NCBI GenBank assembly: GCA_045546275.1
Contig: JAZQCM010000042.1
Span: 3,864 to 67,863 of the forward strand
Direction of reading: 5' to 3'
DNA: 64,000 bases
DNA from: Clostridia bacterium
Lineage (GTDB): Bacteria; Bacillota; Clostridia; UMGS1883
Positions 38,691 to 47,742 of this stretch are shown piece after piece. The notes under the pieces were generated by a model. It had not been told where the DNA came from. It did no database searches and was given only the letters and a program-made list of their open reading frames with translations. Position 1 is the first letter of the stretch. Each line of letters opens with the position of its first letter. A program made the translations under genes and the position numbers.

Positions 38691-40628
38691 ATGGTAATTA
38701 AAGTAACTTTAAGAGACGATGTAAGAGAATTTGAAGCTCCTATAACCTACATGGATATTGCTAAGAGCATCAGTGACGGCTTAGCACGAACTTGTCTTTG
38801 TGCTACAAAAAACGGCGAAACCGTAGGCCTTTTTGATACCCTCACCGAGGATGCCGTAGTTGAATTTAAAAATTTTGATACAGAAGAAGGAAGAAACACT
38901 CTCCGCCACAGCGCAAGCCATGTTCTTGCACAGGCTGTTAAAAGGCTTTTCCCCGAGGTAAAGCTTGCAATCGGTCCTGCAATTGAAAACGGTTTTTATT
39001 ACGATTTTGACCTTGACAAGGGCTTTTCACCGGAAGATCTTGCTAAGATTGAAGCTGAAATGAAAAAGATTGTAAAGGAAAACCTCAGAATTGAACGCTT
39101 TGAATTGGAAAGAAAAGAAGCTGTAAAGCTTATGGAAGAAATGGGCGAGCCCTACAAGGTTGAATTAATTAACGATTTGCCTGAGGATGCTGTTATTTCC
39201 TTCTACAAGCAGGGCGATTTTACTGACCTTTGCGCAGGTCCTCATGTGCCCAACACAGGCTATGTTAAGGCGTTTAAAATAACCAGCACTGCAGGTGCAT
39301 ATTGGAGAGGCAACGAAAAGAACAAAATGCTTACCCGTATTTACGCAACTGCATTTACAAAAAAGGCAGACATGGAAGAATATCTTCTCCAGGTTGAAGA
39401 AGCTAAAAAGCGTGACCACAACAAGTTAGGTCGTGAGCTTGAACTTTTCACAACAAGTGAATATATCGGTCAGGGTCTTCCCATTCTTCTTCCCAAGGGT
39501 GTTGCCATTGTTCAGACATTGCAGCGCTTTGTTGAAGACGAAGAAGCAAGACGTGGTTGGCTTCGAACAAAAACTCCTCTTATGGCAAAGAGTGATTTGT
39601 ATAAAATTTCAGGTCACTGGGACCACTACAAGGACGGCATGTTCGTTTTAGGCGACGAAGAAAAGGACGACGAGGTTTTTGCACTTCGTCCCATGACTTG
39701 TCCCTTCCAGTATCAGGCTTATCTTAACCGTGCACGCTCTTACCGTGATTTGCCCCTTCGTTACGGCGAAACAAGTACTCTTTTCCGTAATGAAGCAAGT
39801 GGCGAAATGCACGGCTTAATCAGAGTAAGACAGTTCACAATTTCCGAGGGTCACTTAATGTGTACTCCCGAACAGCTTGCTGATGAATTCAAGAGCTGTT
39901 TGGAATTGGCAATTTACATGTTGAAAACATTAGGTCTTTATGAAGACGTTTCCTACCGTTTCAGCCAGTGGGATCCCGATGACCGTGAAAAGTACATCGG
40001 CACAGACGAACAGTGGAACGAAGCTCAGGGCATGATGAAAGAAATTCTTGACAACCTTGAAATCCCCTATGTTATAGGTGTTGGCGAAGCAGCGTTCTAT
40101 GGTCCCAAGCTTGACATTCAGATTAAGAATGTTCACGGCAAGGAAGATACTCTTATTACTCTTCAGATTGACCAGATGCTTGCAGAAAAGTTCGGCATGG
40201 TTTACACCGATACTGACGGCACAAAGAAGCATCCCTACATTATCCACCGTACAAGTATCGGCTGCTACGAAAGAACACTTGCTCTTCTTATTGAAAAGTA
40301 TGCAGGTGCATTCCCCACATGGATGGCTCCCGTTCAGGTTAAGCTTCTTCCCATTGGTGAAGGTCATCGTGAATACTGCCGTGAACTTAACACACGCCTT
40401 ATCAATATGGGCATCCGCAGCGAGGTTGACGACAGAAGCGAAAAGATTGGTTACAAAATCCGTGAAGCACAGCTCGAAAAGGTTCCTTACATGCTTGTTG
40501 TAGGCGACAAGGAAATGGAAGACGGTGCAGTTGCGGTTCGTAGCCGTAAGGATGGCGATAAGGGCTCAGTTAAGGTTGATGACTTTATCATGGCTCTCTT
40601 AAATGAAATCGCTGAAAAAACAAGATAA
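38691..40628 (+). CDS. thrS: Threonyl-tRNA synthetase.
   Basis: TGS domain followed by a class II core (FRNEASGEMHGLIRVRQFT, motif 2/3) and an anticodon-binding domain. Start at MVIKVTL, with RBS aaaaggagtg upstream. There is no room for a T-box leader. Confidence 0.93.
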   Translation: MVIKVTLRDDVREFEAPITYMDIAKSISDGLARTCLCATKNGETVGLFDTLTEDAVVEFKNFDTEEGRNTLRHSASHVLAQAVKRLFPEVKLAIGPAIENGFYYDFDLDKGFSPEDLAKIEAEMKKIVKENLRIERFELERKEAVKLMEEMGEPYKVELINDLPEDAVISFYKQGDFTDLCAGPHVPNTGYVKAFKITSTAGAYWRGNEKNKMLTRIYATAFTKKADMEEYLLQVEEAKKRDHNKLGRELELFTTSEYIGQGLPILLPKGVAIVQTLQRFVEDEEARRGWLRTKTPLMAKSDLYKISGHWDHYKDGMFVLGDEEKDDEVFALRPMTCPFQYQAYLNRARSYRDLPLRYGETSTLFRNEASGEMHGLIRVRQFTISEGHLMCTPEQLADEFKSCLELAIYMLKTLGLYEDVSYRFSQWDPDDREKYIGTDEQWNEAQGMMKEILDNLEIPYVIGVGEAAFYGPKLDIQIKNVHGKEDTLITLQIDQMLAEKFGMVYTDTDGTKKHPYIIHRTSIGCYERTLALLIEKYAGAFPTWMAPVQVKLLPIGEGHREYCRELNTRLINMGIRSEVDDRSEKIGYKIREAQLEKVPYMLVVGDKEMEDGAVAVRSRKDGDKGSVKVDDFIMALLNEIAEKTR

Positions 40629-40640
40629 ATTAATGAATAA

Positions 40641-40684
40641 AAGCCTCCTTGGCAGTAAACAATACTGCCAAAGGAGGTTTTTTT
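40641..40684 (+). terminator. Strong terminator of thrS whose 3' arm contains the RBS of the downstream sleB-like gene.
   Basis: aagcctccttggcagtaaacaatactgccaaaggaggtttttttt. Confidence 0.75.
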
Positions 40685-41338
40685 GTGAAAAAAACAATAT
40701 CATTTGTATTGGTGTGTACATTTATATTGAGCTTTGCCTTTTTTTATAACTATAAAAGTATTAAAGCATTGTCAAGGCCCGGTTCAAGTGGAAGCGAGGT
40801 TACAAAAATCCAGACAAGGCTTAAAAACTGGGGGTATTATAAAGGCAAGGTTGACGGCGTGTACGGAAGCGAAACCGAAAAAGCGGTAAAAAGCTTTCAA
40901 AGAAAGAACAACCTTGCAGTTGACGGTATTGCAGGCAGTGCAACCCTTGCTGCCATGGGCATATCATCCTCGTCAAATTCCGCACAGAATAACGACGTGT
41001 ACCTTCTGGCAAGGGCAATAAACGGTGAGGCGAGAGGAGAACCTTATTCGGGTCAGGTTGCAGTTGGTGCGGTTATTTTAAACCGTGTCAAGCATCCGTC
41101 CTTCCCCAGCACGGTTGCAGGGGTGATTTATCAGCCGGGCGCCTTTACAGCAGTTGACGACGGGCAAATCGATGCTGCCATGACCTCCTCCTGTGAAAGA
41201 GCCGCACGAGATGCATTAAACGGCTGGGACCCCACAGGCGGTGCAATTTATTACTACAACCCTGTTACCGCAACAAACAAGTGGATACGCTCACGACCTA
41301 TCATATTAACCATAGGTAAACATGTGTTCTGCCGTTAA
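40685..41338 (+). CDS. sleB: Cell-wall hydrolase with a PG-binding domain and a SleB-type (Hydrolase_2) catalytic domain.
   Basis: GTG start 6 nt after AGGAGG. A TM/signal segment, PG_binding_1 (SEVTKIQTRLKNWGYYKGKVDGVYGSETEKAVKSFQRKNNLAVDGIAG), and SleB-like LLARAINGEARGEPYSGQVAVGAVILNRV. Confidence 0.8.
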   Translation: MKKTISFVLVCTFILSFAFFYNYKSIKALSRPGSSGSEVTKIQTRLKNWGYYKGKVDGVYGSETEKAVKSFQRKNNLAVDGIAGSATLAAMGISSSSNSAQNNDVYLLARAINGEARGEPYSGQVAVGAVILNRVKHPSFPSTVAGVIYQPGAFTAVDDGQIDAAMTSSCERAARDALNGWDPTGGAIYYYNPVTATNKWIRSRPIILTIGKHVFCR

Positions 41339-41406
41339 ATTCCTTGACTTTTGATGTGCCTTTATATATAATTGTTGTATCATAATTATATAAAGGAGTT
41401 TTACAA

Positions 41407-41703
41407 ATGGCTGATATCAATAACAACGATATGAACATGGAAGAATACGAGCCCGAAATGGTGTCCCTTTTTGACGAAGATGGTAACGAGGTTGAATTTG
41501 AACTTTTGGACGTTATCGACTACGAAGGCGACAGCTATGCAGTTATGCTTCCTCCCGAAGATAACGAAGTAGTTATCATGCTTTTGGAAGAATTGAACGA
41601 CGAAGAAGATGTTTATGCACCTGTTGAAGACGACGAAACTCTCACAGCAGTGTTCGAAGCGTTCAAGGAAAAGTATAAGGACGAATTTAATTTTGAAGAC
41701 TAA
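41407..41703 (+). CDS. DUF1292-family acidic small protein.
   Basis: DEDGNEVEFELLDVIDYEGDSYAVMLPPED...EVVIM is the Firmicutes DUF1292 pattern. Promoter TTGACT-17-TATAAT upstream and a terminator downstream. The overlapping antisense ORF 41401..41754 is rejected. Confidence 0.75.
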   Translation: MADINNNDMNMEEYEPEMVSLFDEDGNEVEFELLDVIDYEGDSYAVMLPPEDNEVVIMLLEELNDEEDVYAPVEDDETLTAVFEAFKEKYKDEFNFED

Positions 41704-41705
41704 AA

Positions 41706-41730
41706 AAAGAGCCTCGGCTCTTTTTTTGTT
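41706..41730 (+). terminator. Rho-independent terminator.
   Basis: aaaaagagcctcggctcttttttt. Confidence 0.7.
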
Positions 41731-41794
41731 TGTTAAAATAATTGCAATGGTCATGAAAGTGTGGTAAAATTGTTTTATTGAAAGGAGAGGTTTT

Positions 41795-44700
41795 ATGAAA
41801 AAAGTTTTTAGTTTAATTATTGCGGTAATTATGGCACTTTCTATAGTTCCTGCAATGGCAGAGGAAGCTTCTTCAAGTGTTTTGTTAAATGGTGAAAAAG
41901 CTCCCTTTGAAATTTTAAACGGCTATGTGCCCGTACGAGCTTTTGCCGACAGCTTAGGCTTAACTGTAAAGTGGGACAACGACAACCGCTGTGTAGTGGC
42001 GAATGACGGCGGAACTGAGGTTATTGTACCCATAGGCAAAAAGTGGGTGCAGAGAGCAGGCTTAAAGCAGTCAATTGACAAGGAAAGCATTATTATTAAT
42101 GATTTGTCCTACCTGCCTCTTGACGCTTTAAAGGGCTTTAATGCAACCTATGGTGGCGATGAAAGCCTGGTTACAATTGAAAAGTCCGTTTTTGAAGGCA
42201 AGTATGTAAAGCTTATTCAAAACGGCAAGGCGCTTATGCCCAATGAAAGCGGCAGTATTGTTATGGAAATTGTTTCTGAAAACGACGCACAGGAATGGAA
42301 GTTTACTTCCCGCGGCAGTGGTGTGTACCGTTTTGAAAACAAGAGCACAAAAAAGGCAATTGACGTACCCAGCGACAGTAAAGATGCAGGCAAGGCGCTT
42401 ATTCAGTATTCCTTCACAGGTGGCGGAAACCAGAACTATGTGCCCGTACGAAACAGTGATGGTACATATTTAATCCAGTGCTACAACTCAAAGCTTTTTA
42501 TGACAGTTGGCGAGGATAACACAGTCACCCAGGAAGAATTAACAGGTAACGATAACCAGAAGTTTATTTTAGAGGTTGCAGGCGTAGGCGAAGTAACGAG
42601 TGATACTATTGCTCCCGATACCGAAAAAGACCCCTATGACGGTAAGTTTGTAACGGTTGACGGCGAAATTTACCGTGTTATCTTAGTGGGCGATGAATAT
42701 GAAATAACAAACAAAAAAACAGGCGAAAAAGCCGAAATTGATTTAGAAAATGCATCTGTTGCAACACTTAACGATGTAGATTACGGCGAAAGCAAGTTTG
42801 TAGGCGGTAAGTTTATCACTCTTACAATGAACGGCAAAAACTTGATTGTTGACGAAGATACAAACGAAATTGCTCTTTCCGATAAAACAGATGAAGTTGC
42901 ACAGTGGGAAGCTGTTGCAGTAGGCAGTACAGCATTCACGCTTGTCAACAAAAAAACAGGTAAGGCAATTGACGTGCCCAACGAAAGCAAGGAAGCGGGA
43001 ATTAAGCTTTCCCAGTACACATCAAACAAAAAGAACCACCAGATTTACTCCTTTGAAAAAGCAGATGGTGGATATAAGCTTAAAAACAAAAACTCCGAAA
43101 TGTTCCTTACAATTAAGGATGGTATTGCATACCAGGAAGAGGCTGGTGACAAAAACCAGGTATTCACCTATGAAATCGTAGGCGAAAGCAATGCGAAAAT
43201 GGTTGCAATCACAGCAACACCCTTTGTATTAAAGGGCGATGAAAAAGTAACTAACGTAAAACTCCAGTGGAACGAGGTTATCGGTGCAACAAAATACGAC
43301 ATTTATAAATCCGTTGATGATGGTGAATATGTTCTTTTCGACGCATTAACAGGCTTTACTGTTGACGATTACGATCTGGAAATGGGCAAGAGCTACACAT
43401 ACCGTGTGTATGCATCGGATAATAATGGGCTTATAGGCTATGCGGAAACAGAGCAATTCACACCCTACGAAATGCCTCTTGACATGAAGAGCACAACAAA
43501 CCTTGAACCTTCCGGTATGAGCACACCCGGTGGCGGAATGAAAGATGCCAGCGGCACATACTACCGCTTCAGCCAGACTGGAAGAAAAGACGGCGGTAAA
43601 GGCTTTGGTCAGGTAACCATGAGCACTTCAACTGATGGCGTTACATACACAGACCCTGTTATCATCATGACAGTTGACGACATTTTAGCCCATGAAACCT
43701 GTAAGGACATAAAGGACATCCGCTTTGAAAGCGTAAACTTCAAGTACAACCCCAAGGCTAATAACTTTGGCTTTATAGCTCATGCAGAGCCCGGTAGCGG
43801 TGGCTATGACTTTGCAAGAATTTCTATTGCAACCTACACTCCCGGGGACGAAAAAATGGTGTTCCACGGCTGTGTTCGCCCCGGTGGCGATGATATTCGT
43901 GACCTTAACACCTTTATTGACGATGACGGCACAGGCTACATTATGGGCGCAACTCATGGCAATGCAGACCTTGGAATTTATCGCTTGAAGGAAGACTGGT
44001 CAGGTGTTGAAAAACGAATTGCTCTTTTAAATCCCGGAAAATGGAGAGAGCTTCCCAACATTTTAAAGGTTGACAATTACTATTACCTCTTCACATCAGG
44101 CTGTGCAGGCTGGTATCCCACACCCGGTATGTACAACTCCGCTACTAACATGGAAGGCCCCTGGAGCGATTTGAGAAACGTTGGTAACCTTACAACCTTC
44201 TCCTCTCAGTCAGGCTACGGCTTCTACCTTAAAAAGGACAGCGAAAACTACATGATGAACTCCTACCGCTGGATGGGCAACTGGAAGGATGCAACACTCA
44301 AAACAACACAGTCGCTCCGTTTCCCCATTAAGGTGAGCGAAGGTTATGCATTCTACGACTATTTTGAAGAACTGCTTTACAACTGGGAGGAAGATGTTGT
44401 AGTGCCCGTACAGCGTGGCAGAATACTTTCCCAGAACCGTCCCACAAGCTACGGAAAGAATGCAAACGACGGTAATTACAAGTCCCAGTGGAGTGTTGAC
44501 ACAACCTGGCCCTACACTTGGGAGGTTGACTTAGGACAAACATACAACGTAAACCAGGTGCAGATTTCATGGCTTATCCGCATAGGCAGTGAGCCTTACT
44601 ACAACTACATTATTGAAGGCAGTGAAGACGGCGTTAACTACACAAAGCTGGTGGATAAGAGTAGTGGCTACACTGATTACGGCTTTACTGTAGACAACTG

Positions 44701-44809
44701 CATGGGCAAGGCAAGATATGTACGAGTAACTGTAAATAACGCAAAGCCCAGAAGCGGTGAAAATAATTATCCCTCAACCTTCTACGAAATTAAGGTGATG
44801 GGCAGATAA
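41795..44809 (+). CDS. Secreted multi-domain carbohydrate-active protein. Domain order: signal peptide, Cu-amine-oxidase-like stalk, two ricin-B (CBM13-like) lectin domains, FN3, a GH43-like 5-bladed beta-propeller, and an F5/8 type C (CBM32-like) domain.
   Basis: VLLNGEKAPFEILNGYVPVRAFADSLGLTV (stalk domain). QxW beta-trefoil motifs (AQEWKF, NQKFILE, AQWEAVA, NQVFTYEI). FN3 (VKLQWNEVIGATKYDIYKS...YTYRVYA). GH43-like FIDDDGTGYIM and EGPW. C-terminal discoidin (NYKSQWSVDTTWPYTWEVDLGQTYNVNQVQISW...ARYVRVTV). Confidence 0.7.
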   Translation: MKKVFSLIIAVIMALSIVPAMAEEASSSVLLNGEKAPFEILNGYVPVRAFADSLGLTVKWDNDNRCVVANDGGTEVIVPIGKKWVQRAGLKQSIDKESIIINDLSYLPLDALKGFNATYGGDESLVTIEKSVFEGKYVKLIQNGKALMPNESGSIVMEIVSENDAQEWKFTSRGSGVYRFENKSTKKAIDVPSDSKDAGKALIQYSFTGGGNQNYVPVRNSDGTYLIQCYNSKLFMTVGEDNTVTQEELTGNDNQKFILEVAGVGEVTSDTIAPDTEKDPYDGKFVTVDGEIYRVILVGDEYEITNKKTGEKAEIDLENASVATLNDVDYGESKFVGGKFITLTMNGKNLIVDEDTNEIALSDKTDEVAQWEAVAVGSTAFTLVNKKTGKAIDVPNESKEAGIKLSQYTSNKKNHQIYSFEKADGGYKLKNKNSEMFLTIKDGIAYQEEAGDKNQVFTYEIVGESNAKMVAITATPFVLKGDEKVTNVKLQWNEVIGATKYDIYKSVDDGEYVLFDALTGFTVDDYDLEMGKSYTYRVYASDNNGLIGYAETEQFTPYEMPLDMKSTTNLEPSGMSTPGGGMKDASGTYYRFSQTGRKDGGKGFGQVTMSTSTDGVTYTDPVIIMTVDDILAHETCKDIKDIRFESVNFKYNPKANNFGFIAHAEPGSGGYDFARISIATYTPGDEKMVFHGCVRPGGDDIRDLNTFIDDDGTGYIMGATHGNADLGIYRLKEDWSGVEKRIALLNPGKWRELPNILKVDNYYYLFTSGCAGWYPTPGMYNSATNMEGPWSDLRNVGNLTTFSSQSGYGFYLKKDSENYMMNSYRWMGNWKDATLKTTQSLRFPIKVSEGYAFYDYFEELLYNWEEDVVVPVQRGRILSQNRPTSYGKNANDGNYKSQWSVDTTWPYTWEVDLGQTYNVNQVQISWLIRIGSEPYYNYIIEGSEDGVNYTKLVDKSSGYTDYGFTVDNCMGKARYVRVTVNNAKPRSGENNYPSTFYEIKVMGR

Positions 44810-44814
44810 AGCAA

Positions 44815-44848
44815 ACAAAAATGAGCGACTGTTGTCGCTCATTTTTTT
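44815..44848. terminator. Bidirectional terminator.
   Basis: aaaatgagcgactgttgtcgctcattttttt. Confidence 0.75.
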
Positions 44849-45632
44849 ATCTTGGAATTTCAATTATAAGTGGTGCATCAATATATTCGTTAAATTCTTC
44901 TTCCGGGAAGAAAAGATGAACTGTGCCGTTTTGAATATAATATTCAAAATCCAATGCATCGTAATTATCTAACGAACGCTTGAACGCATAAAGGGTGTTG
45001 TATTCATCCTTTTTGTTTTCATCGGCATATTTTTCGTCAACGTATTCAATAATCTTATCCTTTATGTATTTACTTGTTTTTGCATATGTCATTGAAAAAA
45101 CATCAGTAAGAAGAAGCTGTTTGCCTGTGGAAAGGCTGAAATTAAAGACGGAAAAGCCTTCTTCGCCCAACGATGAGGTTTCAACCATTTTAATGCTTAA
45201 AATACTGCCCTCGTTTGTAAGAACTTCAGCTTTGCAATTGTATTTAATCTCATCTGTGTCATCGGAAGATACAAGCTTTGTTTTTGCAATGCAGTTTTTA
45301 AAATACTCTTCACAGCTTTTTTCAATGGCAGAGTTGATTATGTTAATATTTTCGGTAACAGTGTCAATAACGGGTAAATCATAGCTCATTAAAGATTCAA
45401 TTTCCCCAACCTGCTCTGTACGCTTTTCGGTTTTTGTTTTAATTTTTGCGCTTTCTACGTACTCAAAATTCATGTTGGTAAAAGAATGCACATTAATAAA
45501 GTTTTTATTTTCGGTTGCATCCTCTAAGCTTTGCTGATACTCGGTAATGTGGTTGCTTAAAAAAGAGGAGGTTGCAAAAAATGTGCCTGCAAAAATTATT
45601 AAAATGATAACAGGAAAAATAAATTTCTTCAT
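44847..45632 (-). CDS. DUF4163/DUF3298-domain protein (RsiV-like extracytoplasmic domains) with an N-terminal membrane anchor.
   Basis: MKKFIFPVIILIIFAGTFFA TM anchor. Domain-like pattern ...NFSLSTGKQLLLTDVF...VHLFFPEEEFNEYIDAPLIIEIP. Confidence 0.55.
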   Translation of the reverse strand: MKKFIFPVIILIIFAGTFFATSSFLSNHITEYQQSLEDATENKNFINVHSFTNMNFEYVESAKIKTKTEKRTEQVGEIESLMSYDLPVIDTVTENINIINSAIEKSCEEYFKNCIAKTKLVSSDDTDEIKYNCKAEVLTNEGSILSIKMVETSSLGEEGFSVFNFSLSTGKQLLLTDVFSMTYAKTSKYIKDKIIEYVDEKYADENKKDEYNTLYAFKRSLDNYDALDFEYYIQNGTVHLFFPEEEFNEYIDAPLIIEIPR

Positions 45633-45737
45633 TTACAAAACCTCGCAAATTTGGATTGGTAACATTTATGTTAGCATAGTTGACGGTTTTTGTCAATTTG
45701 TTTGTGCCTAACTTATAATAACAATGCAACAAAAAAA

Positions 45738-45776
45738 CCTCGAAGAATTCTTCGAGGTTTTTGTATAGATAAAATA
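45738..45776. terminator. Terminator after rpsI.
   Basis: aaaacctcgaagaattcttcgaggttttt. Confidence 0.75.
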
Positions 45777-45781
45777 TGAAG

Positions 45782-46177
45782 TTATCTCTTTGAGAACTGA
45801 GGAGCGCGTCTTGCTGCCTTCAAACCGTACTTCTTTCTTTCCTTCATTCTGGGGTCTCTTGTTAAGAAACCAGCCTTCTTGAGGTCAGAACGGTATGCTT
45901 CTTCATCAACCTTCAAAAGTGCACGAGCTACACCGTGACGGATAGCACCTGCCTGGCCTGTAAAGCCACCACCCTGTACGTTACAAATTACGTCGAACTT
46001 TTCGAGTGTGTTTGTAAGAACGAGAGGCTGACGGATAATAACCTTAAGTGTTTCAAGACCAAAGTAATCGTCAATAGTTCTCTTGTTGATTACGATGTTA
46101 CCTGTGCCGGGTACAAGACGTACTCTTGCAACGGACTTCTTTCTTCTACCTGTACCGAAATACTGTGTTACTGCCAT
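45782..46177 (-). CDS. rpsI: 30S ribosomal protein S9.
   Basis: ...[19 protein letters not shown]...[16 protein letters not shown]. Confidence 0.97.
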   Translation of the reverse strand: MAVTQYFGTGRRKKSVARVRLVPGTGNIVINKRTIDDYFGLETLKVIIRQPLVLTNTLEKFDVICNVQGGGFTGQAGAIRHGVARALLKVDEEAYRSDLKKAGFLTRDPRMKERKKYGLKAARRAPQFSKR

Positions 46178-46192
46178 TATTAGTTACCTCCC

Positions 46193-46630
46193 TTACTTAA
46201 TTTCGCCATTCCATGCTTCAGGCATCTGAGCTGCGTTCTTGTGTTCTGCGCCCTTGTATACTCTAAGACGAGTAAGTGCCTTTGCACCGAGGCTTGTCTT
46301 GGGGAGCATACCCTTAACTGCAAGGTACATTGCTCTGTCGGAACGATTAGCCATCATATCCTTAGCGGATACTTCCTTAAGGCCGCCTACCCAACCTGTG
46401 TGGTGACGGTACATTTTCTGGTTAAGCTTGTTACCTGTGAGTACTGCTTCATCACAGTTTACGATGATTACGTGATCGCCGCAATCTGCATGAGGTGTAA
46501 ATGTGGGCTTATTCTTACCGCGAAGGAGGCTTGCAGCTTCTGCAGCAACTCTACCTACGCTCTTGCCGGATGCATCAATGATGTACCAGTTTCTCTTAAC
46601 TGTACCGGCATTTTCCATATAGCTTTTCAT
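46193..46630 (-). CDS. rplM: 50S ribosomal protein L13.
   Basis: VKRNWYIIDASGKSVGRVAAEAASLLRGKNKPTFTPH. Confidence 0.97.
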   Translation of the reverse strand: MKSYMENAGTVKRNWYIIDASGKSVGRVAAEAASLLRGKNKPTFTPHADCGDHVIIVNCDEAVLTGNKLNQKMYRHHTGWVGGLKEVSAKDMMANRSDRAMYLAVKGMLPKTSLGAKALTRLRVYKGAEHKNAAQMPEAWNGEIK

Positions 46631-46698
46631 AGTGAAATCCTCCGTTTATATATTTGAAATTGAACCTTTTTTGTCGGTTTTTTCTTTCAGCATGTTGT

Positions 46699-46727
46699 AT
46701 TTTAACTTATGGAGTAAAAAATGTCAA
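46699..46727 (-). promoter_or_regulatory. Sigma-A promoter of rplM-rpsI.
   Basis: Minus-strand TTGACA-17 nt-TAAAAT. Confidence 0.5.
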
Positions 46728-46770
46728 CACCTTTTTAATAAAAAAATAAAAAGTTTTATGTTTGCTCTCG

Positions 46771-46808
46771 TTTTCTCTTGTTTTCTCTTGTTTTCTCTTG
46801 TTTTCTCG
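46771..46808. repeat. 10-bp tandem repeat (ttttctcttg) of about 3.8 copies between the divergent rplM and ttcA-like promoters.
   Basis: ttttctcttgttttctcttgttttctcttgttttctcg. Confidence 0.8.
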
Positions 46809-46830
46809 AATGGCAATTTTGAAAATTAAT

Positions 46831-46859
46831 GTTGCATGGAGGCTCTATTGTGTGTATAA
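46831..46859 (+). promoter_or_regulatory. Sigma-A promoter of the TtcA-like gene.
   Basis: TTGCAT-17 nt-TATAAT (ttgcatggaggctctattgtgtgtataat). Confidence 0.5.
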
Positions 46860-46881
46860 TTGAAGAAAAGCAGGTGATAGG

Positions 46882-47616
46882 ATGAGAAAAGCGTTAAGCT
46901 ATATGCGAAAAGCGGTTGACGATTATAACATGATAAATGAAAATGACCACATAACCGTGGGGGTTTCGGGCGGCAAGGACAGCCTTTGTTTGTTAGTAAC
47001 CCTTGCTGCATTAAAAAGGTTTTACCCTAAAAAGTTTACCTTATCGGCAATAAGCATTGACATGGGCTTTGAAGGTATGGATTTTTCGCCCATTAAAGAG
47101 CTTTGCGAAAAGCTCGGGGTGCCTTACTACGTGAAAAAAACCGATATAAGGGAAATTATATTTGATGTAAGGAAAGAAAAAAATCCGTGCTCTCTTTGCG
47201 CAAATATGCGTCGTGGTGCATTGAATGAAGCCGCAAAGGAAATCGGCAGTAACAAGGTTGCCTTGGGGCATCATTATGACGATGTTATTGAAACCTTCAT
47301 GATGAACCAGATTTTTGAAGGCAGAATAGGGTGCTTTTCCCCAGTGACATACCTTGATAGAAAAGAAGTGTGGGTTATAAGACCCATCATTTATATGCCC
47401 GAATGGTTTGTTAAAAGCTTTGCTGAAAAGGAAGAATTGCCCATTGTTAAGAACAAATGCACGGCTGACGGAAATACCATGCGAGAAGAGGTTAAAAAGC
47501 TTTTGGTTGAAATGGAGCAAAACTACCCCGGACTCAGACAAAGGCTCTTTACGGCTCTTTGTACGGCTGAAATTTCGGGCTGGAAGCCATCTACAGGACA
47601 TGGAAGAAAATTATAG
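46882..47616 (+). CDS. ttcA: PP-loop ATPase of the TtcA family (tRNA 2-thiocytidine synthetase-like).
   Basis: SGGKDS PP-loop. ...CSLCANMRRGAL; HHYDDVIETFMMN. Confidence 0.75.
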   Translation: MRKALSYMRKAVDDYNMINENDHITVGVSGGKDSLCLLVTLAALKRFYPKKFTLSAISIDMGFEGMDFSPIKELCEKLGVPYYVKKTDIREIIFDVRKEKNPCSLCANMRRGALNEAAKEIGSNKVALGHHYDDVIETFMMNQIFEGRIGCFSPVTYLDRKEVWVIRPIIYMPEWFVKSFAEKEELPIVKNKCTADGNTMREEVKKLLVEMEQNYPGLRQRLFTALCTAEISGWKPSTGHGRKL

Positions 47617-47625
47617 TAAAAAGAG

Positions 47626-47660
47626 TAGTTTTTAACTGCTCTTTTTTTGTGTGAGAGGCA
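47626..47660 (+). terminator. Rho-independent terminator.
   Basis: aaaagagtagtttttaactgctcttttttt. Confidence 0.7.
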
Positions 47661-47691
47661 TCAAAAATAGTAGAAAAACGTTGAAAATACT

Positions 47692-47720
47692 ATGTATGTA
47701 TGATAAAATAACTATATATT
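47692..47720 (+). promoter_or_regulatory. Sigma-A promoter heading the kinase-ferredoxin-hydS-PP2C-hydrogenase operon.
   Basis: TTGAAA-17 nt-TGaTAAAAT. No further promoter-sized gaps occur until the terminator at 53303. Confidence 0.5.
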
Positions 47721-47742
47721 GATTTTTAAAGGAGAGTCGTCA

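Noticed and set aside
40649-40684. ATG 40649 as the start of the SleB-like gene.
   Set aside because: It lies inside the thrS terminator stem with no RBS. GTG 40685 follows AGGAGG at the ideal spacing.
41401-41754. A 117-aa minus-strand ORF.
   Set aside because: It is antisense to the DUF1292 gene, which has a promoter, an RBS, a terminator and a family match. The antisense product is hydrophobic, low-complexity noise.
46771-46808. Possible CRISPR array.
   Set aside because: This is a contiguous 10-bp tandem repeat with no spacers, and there are no cas genes.
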